This document shows positions 8,166-16,670 of a stretch of 22,932 nucleotides of DNA, piece by piece. Under the pieces are notes generated by a model, which did not search any database, was not told the origin of the DNA, and saw only the letters and a list, made by a program, of their open reading frames with translations. Position 1 is the first letter of the stretch, and each line of letters begins with the position of its first letter. Where the stretch lies: IMG/VR virus record IMGVR_UViG_2690316152_000015, positions 1 to 22,932 of that record; one strand, 5' to 3'. Both the position numbers and the translations under genes were made by a program. The stretch is from a virus. Its lineage: Duplodnaviria > Heunggongvirae > Uroviricota > Caudoviricetes.

Positions 8166-8999
8166 TCAATACTCCCCGAAGTCGATCCGGTCAGTCTTAG
8201 CTACTGCGCCAATTTCGCTAGGTGTCGGTTTCTCATTAGTGGAATATACCTTGATCCATTCAGAGCGACCGTTTTCCTGAATATTTCGGACGCGTAAACG
8301 TGGTGCGCCAGAAGTATTACAGGTTAATTGCCATGCGCCATGCTCATTAGCTTGAAGGTGAATTAATGATGTGTCGGCTGAATATGGATTACCGCTAGCA
8401 GTTCCCTTGTAAGTTACGAAACGGTTTCCGGCTAAAGCATCACTATCAATCGGACCCGTGAATGGATTTACACCAGCACCCAAACCAAAATCACCCTGAC
8501 GTAAGATCCGGCCTTCGGTAGCAATACCCCTTGCCAGAATCCCGCCATCTGGTTCAAGTTTAAATTCCAGTGTTACAGCTTTGTTATCACTACCACGGGT
8601 TTTGTGTGATGTGACGTAAGCATCATAGATGACATAGTAACCAGTGTTAGCAGCACTATAGCCAGAGTTCACAACATAGAACATACGGAAGCGTAAAGGT
8701 GTTTTATCCTCTACCGCTTTCATCAACATTGCTTGATGTTCATCGTCAAGAACACGGTTTAACGTGAGTGTTGTCGGTTCCAGTCTACGATAACCAGCAA
8801 GTTTCCCCGTAGCGTCCTGATCGTACTCTTCCAGAGTTTCTATCTCTGTGGATTCGGTTAGCGTAGGGAATGCTGCGACGTTCTCAATAGAACTAAAACT
8901 AGGATCGAAAAAGTCCGGCTGGCTATCGACCATAGTAGAAACGGAGACTTCAACATGCGACCCCGTAAAAATATCTAAGTTATCATGCGTAATATTCAT
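8166..8999 (-). CDS. Tail-tube-like protein with about 120-aa C-terminal extension domain (second tube paralog)
   Basis: 277-aa ORF with AAGGGG Shine-Dalgarno; N-terminal 150 aa alignable to the 157-aa tube protein; C-terminus carries the EKPTPSEIGA motif also found twice in the fiber. Confidence 0.5.
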   Translation of the reverse strand: MNITHDNLDIFTGSHVEVSVSTMVDSQPDFFDPSFSSIENVAAFPTLTESTEIETLEEYDQDATGKLAGYRRLEPTTLTLNRVLDDEHQAMLMKAVEDKTPLRFRMFYVVNSGYSAANTGYYVIYDAYVTSHKTRGSDNKAVTLEFKLEPDGGILARGIATEGRILRQGDFGLGAGVNPFTGPIDSDALAGNRFVTYKGTASGNPYSADTSLIHLQANEHGAWQLTCNTSGAPRLRVRNIQENGRSEWIKVYSTNEKPTPSEIGAVAKTDRIDFGEY

Positions 9000-9008
9000 T
9001 ATTACCCC

Positions 9009-9410
9009 TTAAAAACGCGCTAGATAAGAAAATTTAAGGCTAAGTGTCCCAACGATACCCCCATCACTAGAATCATCGTCATAATCGGTATTAGAAGCTA
9101 CTGGAGTGATATCTGAAATAGAGAAGCCCAAATCTTTAAAACGTGGGTTATCCGGCTGAATCTGGATTATCTGGCAAATACCCTCATGAATTTTGGTTTC
9201 ATGAATCTGAGAATATAATTGCATTTCGATAACGCATTCAGCTTGCATTGCATTACCGCCACGAACACGCGTATAAGTTTCATTCATGCCAGTAATCCAA
9301 CAAACCACGTCATCACTAAAGCCTTGCTGAGTTTGTTCTACGTTTAAAGCCAGACCTAAATCTTGTTCGATAATATCTTGCAAGGCGCGTTTGATTTTCA
9401 GTCTCGGCAT
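9009..9410 (-). CDS. Head-tail connector or neck protein
   Basis: Track ORF 9009-9479; likely start is the ATG at 9410 (MPRLKIKRAL...), 4 nt after the upstream stop, avoiding a 65-nt out-of-frame overlap; call by position between capsid and tail genes. Confidence 0.45.
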   Translation of the reverse strand: MPRLKIKRALQDIIEQDLGLALNVEQTQQGFSDDVVCWITGMNETYTRVRGGNAMQAECVIEMQLYSQIHETKIHEGICQIIQIQPDNPRFKDLGFSISDITPVASNTDYDDDSSDGGIVGTLSLKFSYLARF

Positions 9411-9414
9411 ATTA

Positions 9415-9705
9415 TTAACGGTAGCGAGCATGTGTACCCCCTGCCAGAGTAATAAAGCAATCAGTGGTATTATCACCATTGCGCTTAATATATTGAACTT
9501 TGAAACGCTGGTTTTCTACTGTGACAATATCACCTTGCTTTAAGTCTCCCTCACGACAGAATAGAAATTCTGTTTCTGTCATTACCCCTTGTTCGTCGGT
9601 AGTAGTAATTTCATGATAAGCACGAATTGATTTACCACCTTCCACCGAAAATACAGGAGCACTCTTAAACATTCTTGATAATTGTGATTCTGATAATTTG
9701 AACAT
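9415..9705 (-). CDS. Head-tail adaptor or head completion protein
   Basis: 96-aa ORF with strong Shine-Dalgarno (AAAGGGGG), first gene after the capsid gene; call by synteny. Confidence 0.45.
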   Translation of the reverse strand: MFKLSESQLSRMFKSAPVFSVEGGKSIRAYHEITTTDEQGVMTETEFLFCREGDLKQGDIVTVENQRFKVQYIKRNGDNTTDCFITLAGGTHARYR

Positions 9706-9732
9706 AGTTACCCCCTTTATGGAGTATTTACA

Positions 9733-9763
9733 TACAAAAAAGCCCCACCGTTAGGCAGGGCTA
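9733..9763 (-). terminator. Intrinsic terminator after the capsid gene
   Basis: Minus-strand hairpin AGCCCUGCC-UAACG-GUGGGGCU followed by U6; near-identical to 3903-3933. Confidence 0.6.
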
Positions 9764-9767
9764 ATTA

Positions 9768-9896
9768 TTATTCTTTAGTTTTACGTTGTTTTTTAACTGT
9801 GGCTTTCGCCTTAACCGTCTGGGATTCTTCTTCCGGTTCAGGAATCAGATTTTCTTCCCCCAAATCGGGGGAAGGTTCAGATGGTTCTACAGGAGT
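9768..9896 (-). other. In-frame 42-codon extension ORF after the TGA stop of the capsid gene (candidate read-through extension)
   Basis: Frame open from TGA at 9897-9899 to TAA at 9768-9770; encodes TPVEPSEPSPDLGEENLIPEPEEESQTVKAKATVKKQRKTKE; contains an internal hairpin UUCCCCC-GAUUU-GGGGGAA; homologous to 3938-4063. Confidence 0.4.
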
Positions 9897-11909
9897 TCAT
9901 TCAGCGCCAATCTGGAGAACTTTCAGAGCTTCCGGCTGTGCTACAACGTAGTCCAAATCCAGCCATACACGAGGCACGATCGCGGACTGCGCACGGTAGG
10001 TTGAATCGTCCAGATCTAGCTCAAGACCTCCCCATTCCCCAACGATAATACCGGAGAAGTCACCCAGAACGATGTGACCAGCCGGGATAACGCCAGAAGT
10101 AACTACTTCATAACCAGCAATTTTGCCGTTTTCCATAATGAAGCCTTGAGCATCACCACGATCAGATTTCGGAGTAGATTCCAGTTCAGCAGCAGTTGCA
10201 CCACTCATAGCGAACTTGATAGCCTGAGCAGGAACGCCAGCGTCGGTCAATGCGGCAATCTCTTTCAGCAGGTCTTTATAGCTGAAAGCGGTTTTCTTAG
10301 TCACGCGACCACCGTCTACCAGTTGTTTAACCAGACCAGCCGGACCACGAGCATTTTCTTTATCAGACAGAATCAGTTGTTCCAGTTTGATGCGAACAGC
10401 TTTGTTAATGTGATCAGTGATCAGGGTAGCGATATTAGGAACAGTTTTCAGAGATTGACGGCTGATCGGGTTGCCACCAGCAAAAGTTTTCGGAGCCATT
10501 TTCACGTTTGCAAATTCAGCTTTGCTTTCCGGTGCAGCACCGTTTTCATCAACGAAGCCGAAAGCGTCAACGCTGGAAGCGGTCATTTTCGGAACAGCGA
10601 TCGGGCTATTCAGACCAGACAGAACGGTCACACCCAGACGACCCAGACACGAAGCAGGAAGCAGCATTTCGATGTAGGATTCAGTCAGCAGTTTTTCATC
10701 AGTAACAGCAGTCAGAGTAGCTTTGGTGTTACCTTCGGAAGCAGCACGCATAGCAGCAGCCGGAACGAATACAGAGCCACCACGAGCAGCACGACCACGC
10801 TGCATAGTTGCAGTAGCAGCCATTGCGGAATATTCAGCTTCATGAGCGCCCAGAGCAGCACCATCTACCAGAGAGCGAATTACGTTGTTCAGGTCAAAAG
10901 TTTTTTCCATGATGGATTCCTTATTAATTTGTTGTTCGTTATTACGTTGAGCATTGGTAATGTTATTTAGTGCCTTAGTGCGGAATGCTTCCGGCGTCAT
11001 GTCTTTAATTGCCAATGCGCGTTTTAATTCTTCGTCGTCAATATTTAGTTCGCGTGCAATTTCGCGAATTTCTAATTCGTCTTCTTCGGAACGTTCAGCC
11101 ACTTCCTCGGTTTTTTCTTCTTCAACCGGAGCAGCTTCACGTTCTTCTTTTATTTCTTCTTCCCGAACAGTTGAACTATCATCATCAACACTTTCAGGAT
11201 GTTTAGCGTCTTTTCCGTCTTCGAGATTTTCATCTTCTTTATTCTCTTCAACTTGGCGCTCTTGAGTTTCTTCAACTTCCGGTTCTTTAATTTCTTCTAC
11301 CGGAGTTTCTTCAACCGGAGCGGCTTCTTGTTCTTCTTTAATTTCTTCGATTTGTTCTTTAGTCATATCGCGTTTAGCCTCCAAATTAACTGTGATAGTA
11401 TTTAGAGAGCGATTCAGACCGACCGAATCATCAGCCGGGACCGTGACCCACGAAATTTCGTGTGGAATCCATTTAGAAACAATGAGTTGCGATTTGGCGT
11501 AGTCGATGTGATACTCTTTAATGTCATAGCCGACAGAAATTTTTTCCATCGTACCTTCAATGACTTTGTTACGAATATCATTAGCCATAGTCCCATGCTT
11601 GGAGAATTTAACCAGAGCACGACCTACGTTATCCGCATCGATTCGAGCGTTACAAACGACACCAATGTGATTATCGAAATTGTGATTGAACAGCAACGGA
11701 GCGTTATTATTCAGACGAGACAGATCAACCGCTTCCGGTGTATGTACCAGAATTTCATCTAATACCACCATTTCTTGATTTTGCTCATCCCAGAATTGGC
11801 GCTGATAAGGCTGTTCACTGGAGAAAGCAATTTCAAACTCGTATTGATCGTTATGCCCTTCGTTAATAACTCCACCGTAACCGTTAAGATCGCGGCGAAA
11901 TTTAAGCAT
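9897..11909 (-). CDS. Fused prohead protease, acidic scaffold-like linker and HK97-fold major capsid protein
   Basis: 670-aa ORF; N-terminal 180 aa resemble HK97-family prohead protease (HEISWVTVPADD); middle about 150 aa highly acidic with internal duplication (EEIKEEQEAAPVEE and EEIKEEREAAPVEEE); C-terminal 330 aa resemble HK97-family capsid; Shine-Dalgarno AAAGGTG. Confidence 0.8.
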   Translation of the reverse strand: MLKFRRDLNGYGGVINEGHNDQYEFEIAFSSEQPYQRQFWDEQNQEMVVLDEILVHTPEAVDLSRLNNNAPLLFNHNFDNHIGVVCNARIDADNVGRALVKFSKHGTMANDIRNKVIEGTMEKISVGYDIKEYHIDYAKSQLIVSKWIPHEISWVTVPADDSVGLNRSLNTITVNLEAKRDMTKEQIEEIKEEQEAAPVEETPVEEIKEPEVEETQERQVEENKEDENLEDGKDAKHPESVDDDSSTVREEEIKEEREAAPVEEEKTEEVAERSEEDELEIREIARELNIDDEELKRALAIKDMTPEAFRTKALNNITNAQRNNEQQINKESIMEKTFDLNNVIRSLVDGAALGAHEAEYSAMAATATMQRGRAARGGSVFVPAAAMRAASEGNTKATLTAVTDEKLLTESYIEMLLPASCLGRLGVTVLSGLNSPIAVPKMTASSVDAFGFVDENGAAPESKAEFANVKMAPKTFAGGNPISRQSLKTVPNIATLITDHINKAVRIKLEQLILSDKENARGPAGLVKQLVDGGRVTKKTAFSYKDLLKEIAALTDAGVPAQAIKFAMSGATAAELESTPKSDRGDAQGFIMENGKIAGYEVVTSGVIPAGHIVLGDFSGIIVGEWGGLELDLDDSTYRAQSAIVPRVWLDLDYVVAQPEALKVLQIGAE

Positions 11910-11954
11910 TTAATCACCTTTAATTAATTGGGGGCATTGCGCCCCCGTTGGTTA

Positions 11955-13466
11955 TTAGGGATCGGCTGGGGAATTTTTTTCTTCACCCTCGCCATTAACG
12001 ATAATATTTAGTGCGCTCTTTTCGGCTTGAATCTCTGAGAATACTTTTTCAGGATCATCACCACGTTCTAATATAACGGCAGTACGTGATTTAAGTCCTT
12101 TATCAATTAAAGCAATATCAGCGTTCACATCTTTAATAACATCGACGGACTCAAAACGCGGACGAATAATAGTAGTGTTCTCGATAATATGCGGGATTGC
12201 AGTAATACGAATCGGAACAATACCACGCGCGGAATAATGACGTAGATATGCTTCAAAAATTGGCAATACCACTGTTTCAATCAATTTGTTTTGTAGTGCT
12301 TTAACGCGGTTACGTTGAAGTAGTTCACCGAAACGTGCGGCTGAGTAGTTGATCTGTGAACAATCTCCTGTTAAGCCCTGTTTAAACACGCCAAGACCCA
12401 TCGAGACGCTACCCTGCATCGCATCGTTAAAGGATTTGAAATCATCGCCTGATTGAGTAGCTTGGATACTCTTGATCGTTGCCCCTTCCGGTAATTCCTG
12501 AATAGTACCAGGTGCAAAATCCTGTACTACTTCCGGCGCTTGATATTGGTCTTCATCTTCACCGGTATCAAAATCGTCACCAGAATCTTTCGGACGTTCG
12601 ATAAAGCCCATAGAGCTAGCTGCAATACGTTTCTGGACGATCGCGGTTTCGCGGAATGCGTCTTGATGTGCGATATCCTTAATCACTGGTAGGAAGTCGG
12701 TCACGCCGCGCAAACTCTCGGCACACAAGGGCTGATAGTAATGGCATACTTGCGAAGCCTCGACTCTATAATGATCACCAGTGTAGGTCTGAGTCAGTAG
12801 GTTGACTTTTCTAAACCAGTATGCTACAGGGCGCATTGTTTCTACGTCATACTCAATCCCCTGATAGATAGCACGTTCTTTGCTTACTTCACGGTTGAGC
12901 GACCAGTCGCACTTATCAGCAGACAGGATAGAAACATGTAACTCATTGTTTTCTTTGGTTAAAACGATGAAGCACTCACCACCCATAACGCGCTCACGTT
13001 CAGCCATTACCAGCAATTCACGGAAGTTAAAGCGACCGTTACGAGAGAAGCGTTTAGCATTCTGCGCCCACTTCCAGAAAGCATTCTCGATCTGCTTATT
13101 CAGTGCGCTATCAAGTTTGCCATTTGATTTAACGATTGACGGCTTCGGATCTAGGCCAGTACCTACCACCATATCGGTGATGTATTGCGTGTAGCGACTG
13201 CCTACGGAAGTGTTTAAGGCCAAAGTACGACCCTGATCATAAAGACGCATACCGTTTGATTTGAGAGCCTTATTGAAGGTTCCTGTGATAGTGTCTTGTT
13301 GAAGTGCACCATCAATGCGATCACCTACCAGTCCTAAACTACGAGTCGCCAGAGATTTCTGGAATTTTTCTACTTGCTTATCGATGAAAATTTTTGGTTG
13401 TTGCTGGCGGTGATTAGTTTTAACTGGAGTTTCTACCGCCTTATTGCGTCGAAAAAGATTAAACAT
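11955..13466 (-). CDS. Portal protein
   Basis: 503-aa ORF between terminase and capsid genes with AAGGGG Shine-Dalgarno; size and position as for lambda gpB-type portals. Confidence 0.8.
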   Translation of the reverse strand: MFNLFRRNKAVETPVKTNHRQQQPKIFIDKQVEKFQKSLATRSLGLVGDRIDGALQQDTITGTFNKALKSNGMRLYDQGRTLALNTSVGSRYTQYITDMVVGTGLDPKPSIVKSNGKLDSALNKQIENAFWKWAQNAKRFSRNGRFNFRELLVMAERERVMGGECFIVLTKENNELHVSILSADKCDWSLNREVSKERAIYQGIEYDVETMRPVAYWFRKVNLLTQTYTGDHYRVEASQVCHYYQPLCAESLRGVTDFLPVIKDIAHQDAFRETAIVQKRIAASSMGFIERPKDSGDDFDTGEDEDQYQAPEVVQDFAPGTIQELPEGATIKSIQATQSGDDFKSFNDAMQGSVSMGLGVFKQGLTGDCSQINYSAARFGELLQRNRVKALQNKLIETVVLPIFEAYLRHYSARGIVPIRITAIPHIIENTTIIRPRFESVDVIKDVNADIALIDKGLKSRTAVILERGDDPEKVFSEIQAEKSALNIIVNGEGEEKNSPADP

Positions 13467-13476
13467 GATTTACCCC

Positions 13477-13971
13477 TTATCGCGTAAGACGTAATTTGAT
13501 ATTTTTAATCGGGCTAATTCCCTGTTTACGTCGTTCGGCTTGAATTAATTTTGATAACTGACGTTCATAATCAGTCTTTAATTGCTGGAGAACAGCCAAT
13601 GACTCATAGGCGAAAGTATTCCCTTTCACTGTCATTTGAGATAATGCGGCTTCGTCCCCAGATAAACGGGCGAAAATAACTTGCTCGATGGTGGCGATAG
13701 TTTCCCGCAGATGGTCTTTTTTGCTTTGTTTGGCGAATACTGGTAAAACAGTTAATTCCTGCATTGATACCAGTTCTTCTTCCAAAGTTATTACGATGGT
13801 ATATTTACCCTCGGCAAAATCTAAGGTTTTAATCTCATGATTAGCCGGAGTATCATCAACCTGATAAATGATACCTTTACTATTTCCTACCTGAATTGTT
13901 ACACCCTCTTCATTCGCCAGCGTGATTTTTTCACCTTTACGAATTACTAAGGGAATTAGTTCTAAACTCAT
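13477..13971 (-). CDS. Hypothetical protein between large terminase and portal (possibly gpW-like head-tail joining at its C-terminus)
   Basis: 164-aa ORF with AAGGGG Shine-Dalgarno in the position lambda gpW occupies; C-terminal segment loosely follows the gpW pattern; weak. Confidence 0.35.
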   Translation of the reverse strand: MSLELIPLVIRKGEKITLANEEGVTIQVGNSKGIIYQVDDTPANHEIKTLDFAEGKYTIVITLEEELVSMQELTVLPVFAKQSKKDHLRETIATIEQVIFARLSGDEAALSQMTVKGNTFAYESLAVLQQLKTDYERQLSKLIQAERRKQGISPIKNIKLRLTR

Positions 13972-14019
13972 AATTACCCCTTATTTAATTGTTATTGGAT
14001 TAACAATATTTAGGAGTAA

Positions 14020-14037
14020 GCCGCCCCGAAGGACGGC
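14020..14037 (-). other. UUCG-tetraloop stem-loop between large terminase and the downstream gene
   Basis: Minus-strand RNA GCCGUCC-UUCG-GGGCGGC (7-bp stem with one G-U pair); no U-tract. Confidence 0.4.
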
Positions 14038-14043
14038 GAGTTA

Positions 14044-15948
14044 TTAGAACGATGTTACCCAGCTACGGCCTCTATTTGGACGTCTGGCGATGTTTTGACG
14101 TTGTGGTCGTGTGATTGGCTTACTTTCTTCTATTTGCTCGTCAGATTGCGTTTCAGGAGCTTTTACGGGTTCTTCTGGTTCGCGGTTCAAACTATCTTTG
14201 ATGGCTTCCAGTTTTTCCCATGACATTTTATTAAGCACATGACGATAACTAGCCACGGCATATGTAAGACAGTCCAATCCCTCGTTACGTTGCTGTCCAA
14301 CTTTTACCCAACGTGTCGTATTACCCTGCCGTTTCAACTGTTCAGATAACAATTGTTCGCAGTAGTCATCAGGAACGTCACCAATCTGGAAGACAGTATG
14401 CGGATCGCTGTCTCTCAAGTTCCGGTTAATCATTTCACGGATCATCGTCTTAAGATTGTTTACGCCCAGAATTTTAAGGGTAAAACCGCCCGTTCTTGTG
14501 TCCTTGACCGGAAGGATTGGAGCATCAACATTGCTTGCACCCTTAATGGCGCATAGGTTTTGCCACCTAGTGCAGAAGCGATAGATCACGTTTGTAGCTC
14601 GTCCGTTCGATGAGTCCACGAAAGCAGATAGCATCGGGATTCGTTGACCGGATCGGGTATAGAATTTAGCTTTCAGGAAGTTGTAAAGCTGGTCATATGC
14701 TGGTGATTCGTGGCGTTCGCAGTTCACATCATAGAATGATCGGTGATCAACTACGCATATCCCCTTACGAGAGATACCCAGCAAGGTAGATTCAAGACGG
14801 TCTTTTTGCTGGTCAACACCACTAACCAGAGCAAGTACATCATCAGGAATATTGTCTAGACTAATATCAGTTTTCAGCGTTTCCAGTTCGTCGGCTGTGC
14901 GGTCTTCGTTAAGATCATCGAAGGTTTCACCGAGGACTGTATTGTAGAACGTTGCCAGTGACATATTCGCGTAGCTATCAGCAAAGTCCACCACACACGC
15001 ACGGATAGAACTAAACGGAGACATAAGGCGGTTAGCATGAAAACCGATTACTTCCGCGTTTGGTTCGGTTGCTACCCATTCACCTTGAGCAACAGCACGT
15101 AGGCGAGCCCCTTCTGTCCAATCGGTTTCACATGACGGGCAACGGTAAACGGCTGTGTCAGGATTCGGCAGTGATTTACCATTGATTACATGCCAATCAA
15201 AGAAAACTCTACTCCATTCCATTACGTGTTTGTGTCCGCAATGCTGGCAAGGAACATAGTATTTCCTCTTATCCGAGAGTTCCCATTGTTGGTTTATCGC
15301 CCCATCACGAGCGGTTGGAGTGGAAGCAATTATGATCCTTGCGTCATCCCCGAAAGTGGTTGCGCGTTGTTCCGCTAGTTGGATCGGGTTCCCTTCGTCT
15401 GACTCATCAGCCGCATCAACTTCATCAAGAATAATCAAAGGGAGTGTTTTACCGCGAAGATGTGACGGACTATTCAACGACATGAAATACATGAATGATC
15501 CGTTACGAAGCTGAATAATCGATGAGTTGTTAACGGCATTGCGATCTGACTTGTCGGTGATCATCGCCTTTAATTCTGGGGTTGCCTCTAATACTGGCTT
15601 CACCTTACCCGCAATCCATGAGTTCAATTCTCGAACGTTTGCTTGCAAAACACCGATGTTAGTAGGGTTGCTGGCGATCCTGTGAAAGATAATACCGTTT
15701 AGCACAAGAGTTTTACCCAACTGCGCCGAGCACTTTAGAACAATTTTTCGCCTATCTTCGGTGATCGCGTCCATCATTCCACGTTGGAAGGGATGCAATT
15801 TAATTAGCGATCCGGCTTTAACACCATCGGTAGCAACTACATTAGCCTCTACCCATTCGCTAGGTTTCATGGCTTTAGGTGGGCGAATTGCCGCAGAGAT
15901 ATTTTTAAGAATCTTTTTTAATTTGGCCTTATTAGAAATCAGTTTCAT
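14044..15948 (-). CDS. terL: Terminase large subunit, GpA (lambda A)-like
   Basis: 634-aa ORF; deviant Walker A (CSAQLGKT), Walker B (LIILDEVD), zinc-finger-like CxxC pairs and C-terminal nuclease region as in lambda gpA; first gene of the minus-strand late operon. Confidence 0.9.
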   Translation of the reverse strand: MKLISNKAKLKKILKNISAAIRPPKAMKPSEWVEANVVATDGVKAGSLIKLHPFQRGMMDAITEDRRKIVLKCSAQLGKTLVLNGIIFHRIASNPTNIGVLQANVRELNSWIAGKVKPVLEATPELKAMITDKSDRNAVNNSSIIQLRNGSFMYFMSLNSPSHLRGKTLPLIILDEVDAADESDEGNPIQLAEQRATTFGDDARIIIASTPTARDGAINQQWELSDKRKYYVPCQHCGHKHVMEWSRVFFDWHVINGKSLPNPDTAVYRCPSCETDWTEGARLRAVAQGEWVATEPNAEVIGFHANRLMSPFSSIRACVVDFADSYANMSLATFYNTVLGETFDDLNEDRTADELETLKTDISLDNIPDDVLALVSGVDQQKDRLESTLLGISRKGICVVDHRSFYDVNCERHESPAYDQLYNFLKAKFYTRSGQRIPMLSAFVDSSNGRATNVIYRFCTRWQNLCAIKGASNVDAPILPVKDTRTGGFTLKILGVNNLKTMIREMINRNLRDSDPHTVFQIGDVPDDYCEQLLSEQLKRQGNTTRWVKVGQQRNEGLDCLTYAVASYRHVLNKMSWEKLEAIKDSLNREPEEPVKAPETQSDEQIEESKPITRPQRQNIARRPNRGRSWVTSF

Positions 15949-16035
15949 GTAATTACCCTCATTACGAAATATGAAGGTATTTATTAAGTTGTTGATTTTT
16001 TGATAAATACGGGTATTAAGATTTAAGGGGGTTGT

Positions 16036-16641
16036 ATGCTAATTAATCAGCAACAAAGAGATGAATTAGAATTAGCCTTTTCTTGTTGTACCGATCATGA
16101 ATATCGTTTACCAGTTAAACACAAGCATTTAAAAACAGATATAACCACTTCTGGCTTTAGTCGTGAGGACGCGAAAGAGATTTTAATAGAATTGTACCGC
16201 GATAATGGATATAGAGATCTTCACAACTTCTTTAGAAAGCATCGCACATCACATACAGAGTTTCAGAGAGTCCGAGAATGGTTTGATTTTGACATTAAAC
16301 GGTTCTATCGAGTAGATGGAGGCCAGATCTATAGATTGCAGTGGAAGCCGATCAGAGAAGTGTTGAAACAGACAAGGGATAATATGGCTATTACAATGCC
16401 ACGTAACATAGCTTTTAAGAAAGGATATGGTGATACAAGGGAACTATTCGTTGAACTCGCTAACGTGAAGTACAGCCACTATTACAACGATCCTAAATCC
16501 TTCTTTGAAGTGCTTCGCAAGGTTGATATAAGTCGGGGTACATATTATTCACGGTTGAAGAAGTACGGGATTAAGGTTGAGTTCTTTATGAGTATTGACG
16601 ATGGAGAACTTTTTCCTATAAAATCTAAGTCCTCTAAATAA
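16036..16641 (+). CDS. Hypothetical protein with C-terminal HTH-like segment; low GC, rare codons (moron-like)
   Basis: 201-aa ORF with Shine-Dalgarno AAGGGGG; rich in AGA, ATA, TTA codons unlike neighbours; C-terminal DISRGTYYSRLKKYGIKV resembles the HTH of the two small proteins at 16671-16904 and 20012-20191. Confidence 0.55.
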   Translation: MLINQQQRDELELAFSCCTDHEYRLPVKHKHLKTDITTSGFSREDAKEILIELYRDNGYRDLHNFFRKHRTSHTEFQRVREWFDFDIKRFYRVDGGQIYRLQWKPIREVLKQTRDNMAITMPRNIAFKKGYGDTRELFVELANVKYSHYYNDPKSFFEVLRKVDISRGTYYSRLKKYGIKVEFFMSIDDGELFPIKSKSSK

Positions 16642-16670
16642 AGGTGAACATTCACTTTAATTTGGAGAAA

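Noticed and set aside
9415-9479. Upstream start of the connector ORF at 9479 (156-aa version)
   Set aside because: Would overlap the preceding gene by 65 nt out of frame and begins with a hydrophobic stretch; the ATG at 9410, 4 nt after the upstream stop, is more plausible
10074-10970. 298-aa plus-strand ORF
   Set aside because: Lies antisense inside the capsid gene; translation is Ser-rich low complexity with no RBS; the minus-strand gene has clear protease and capsid motifs
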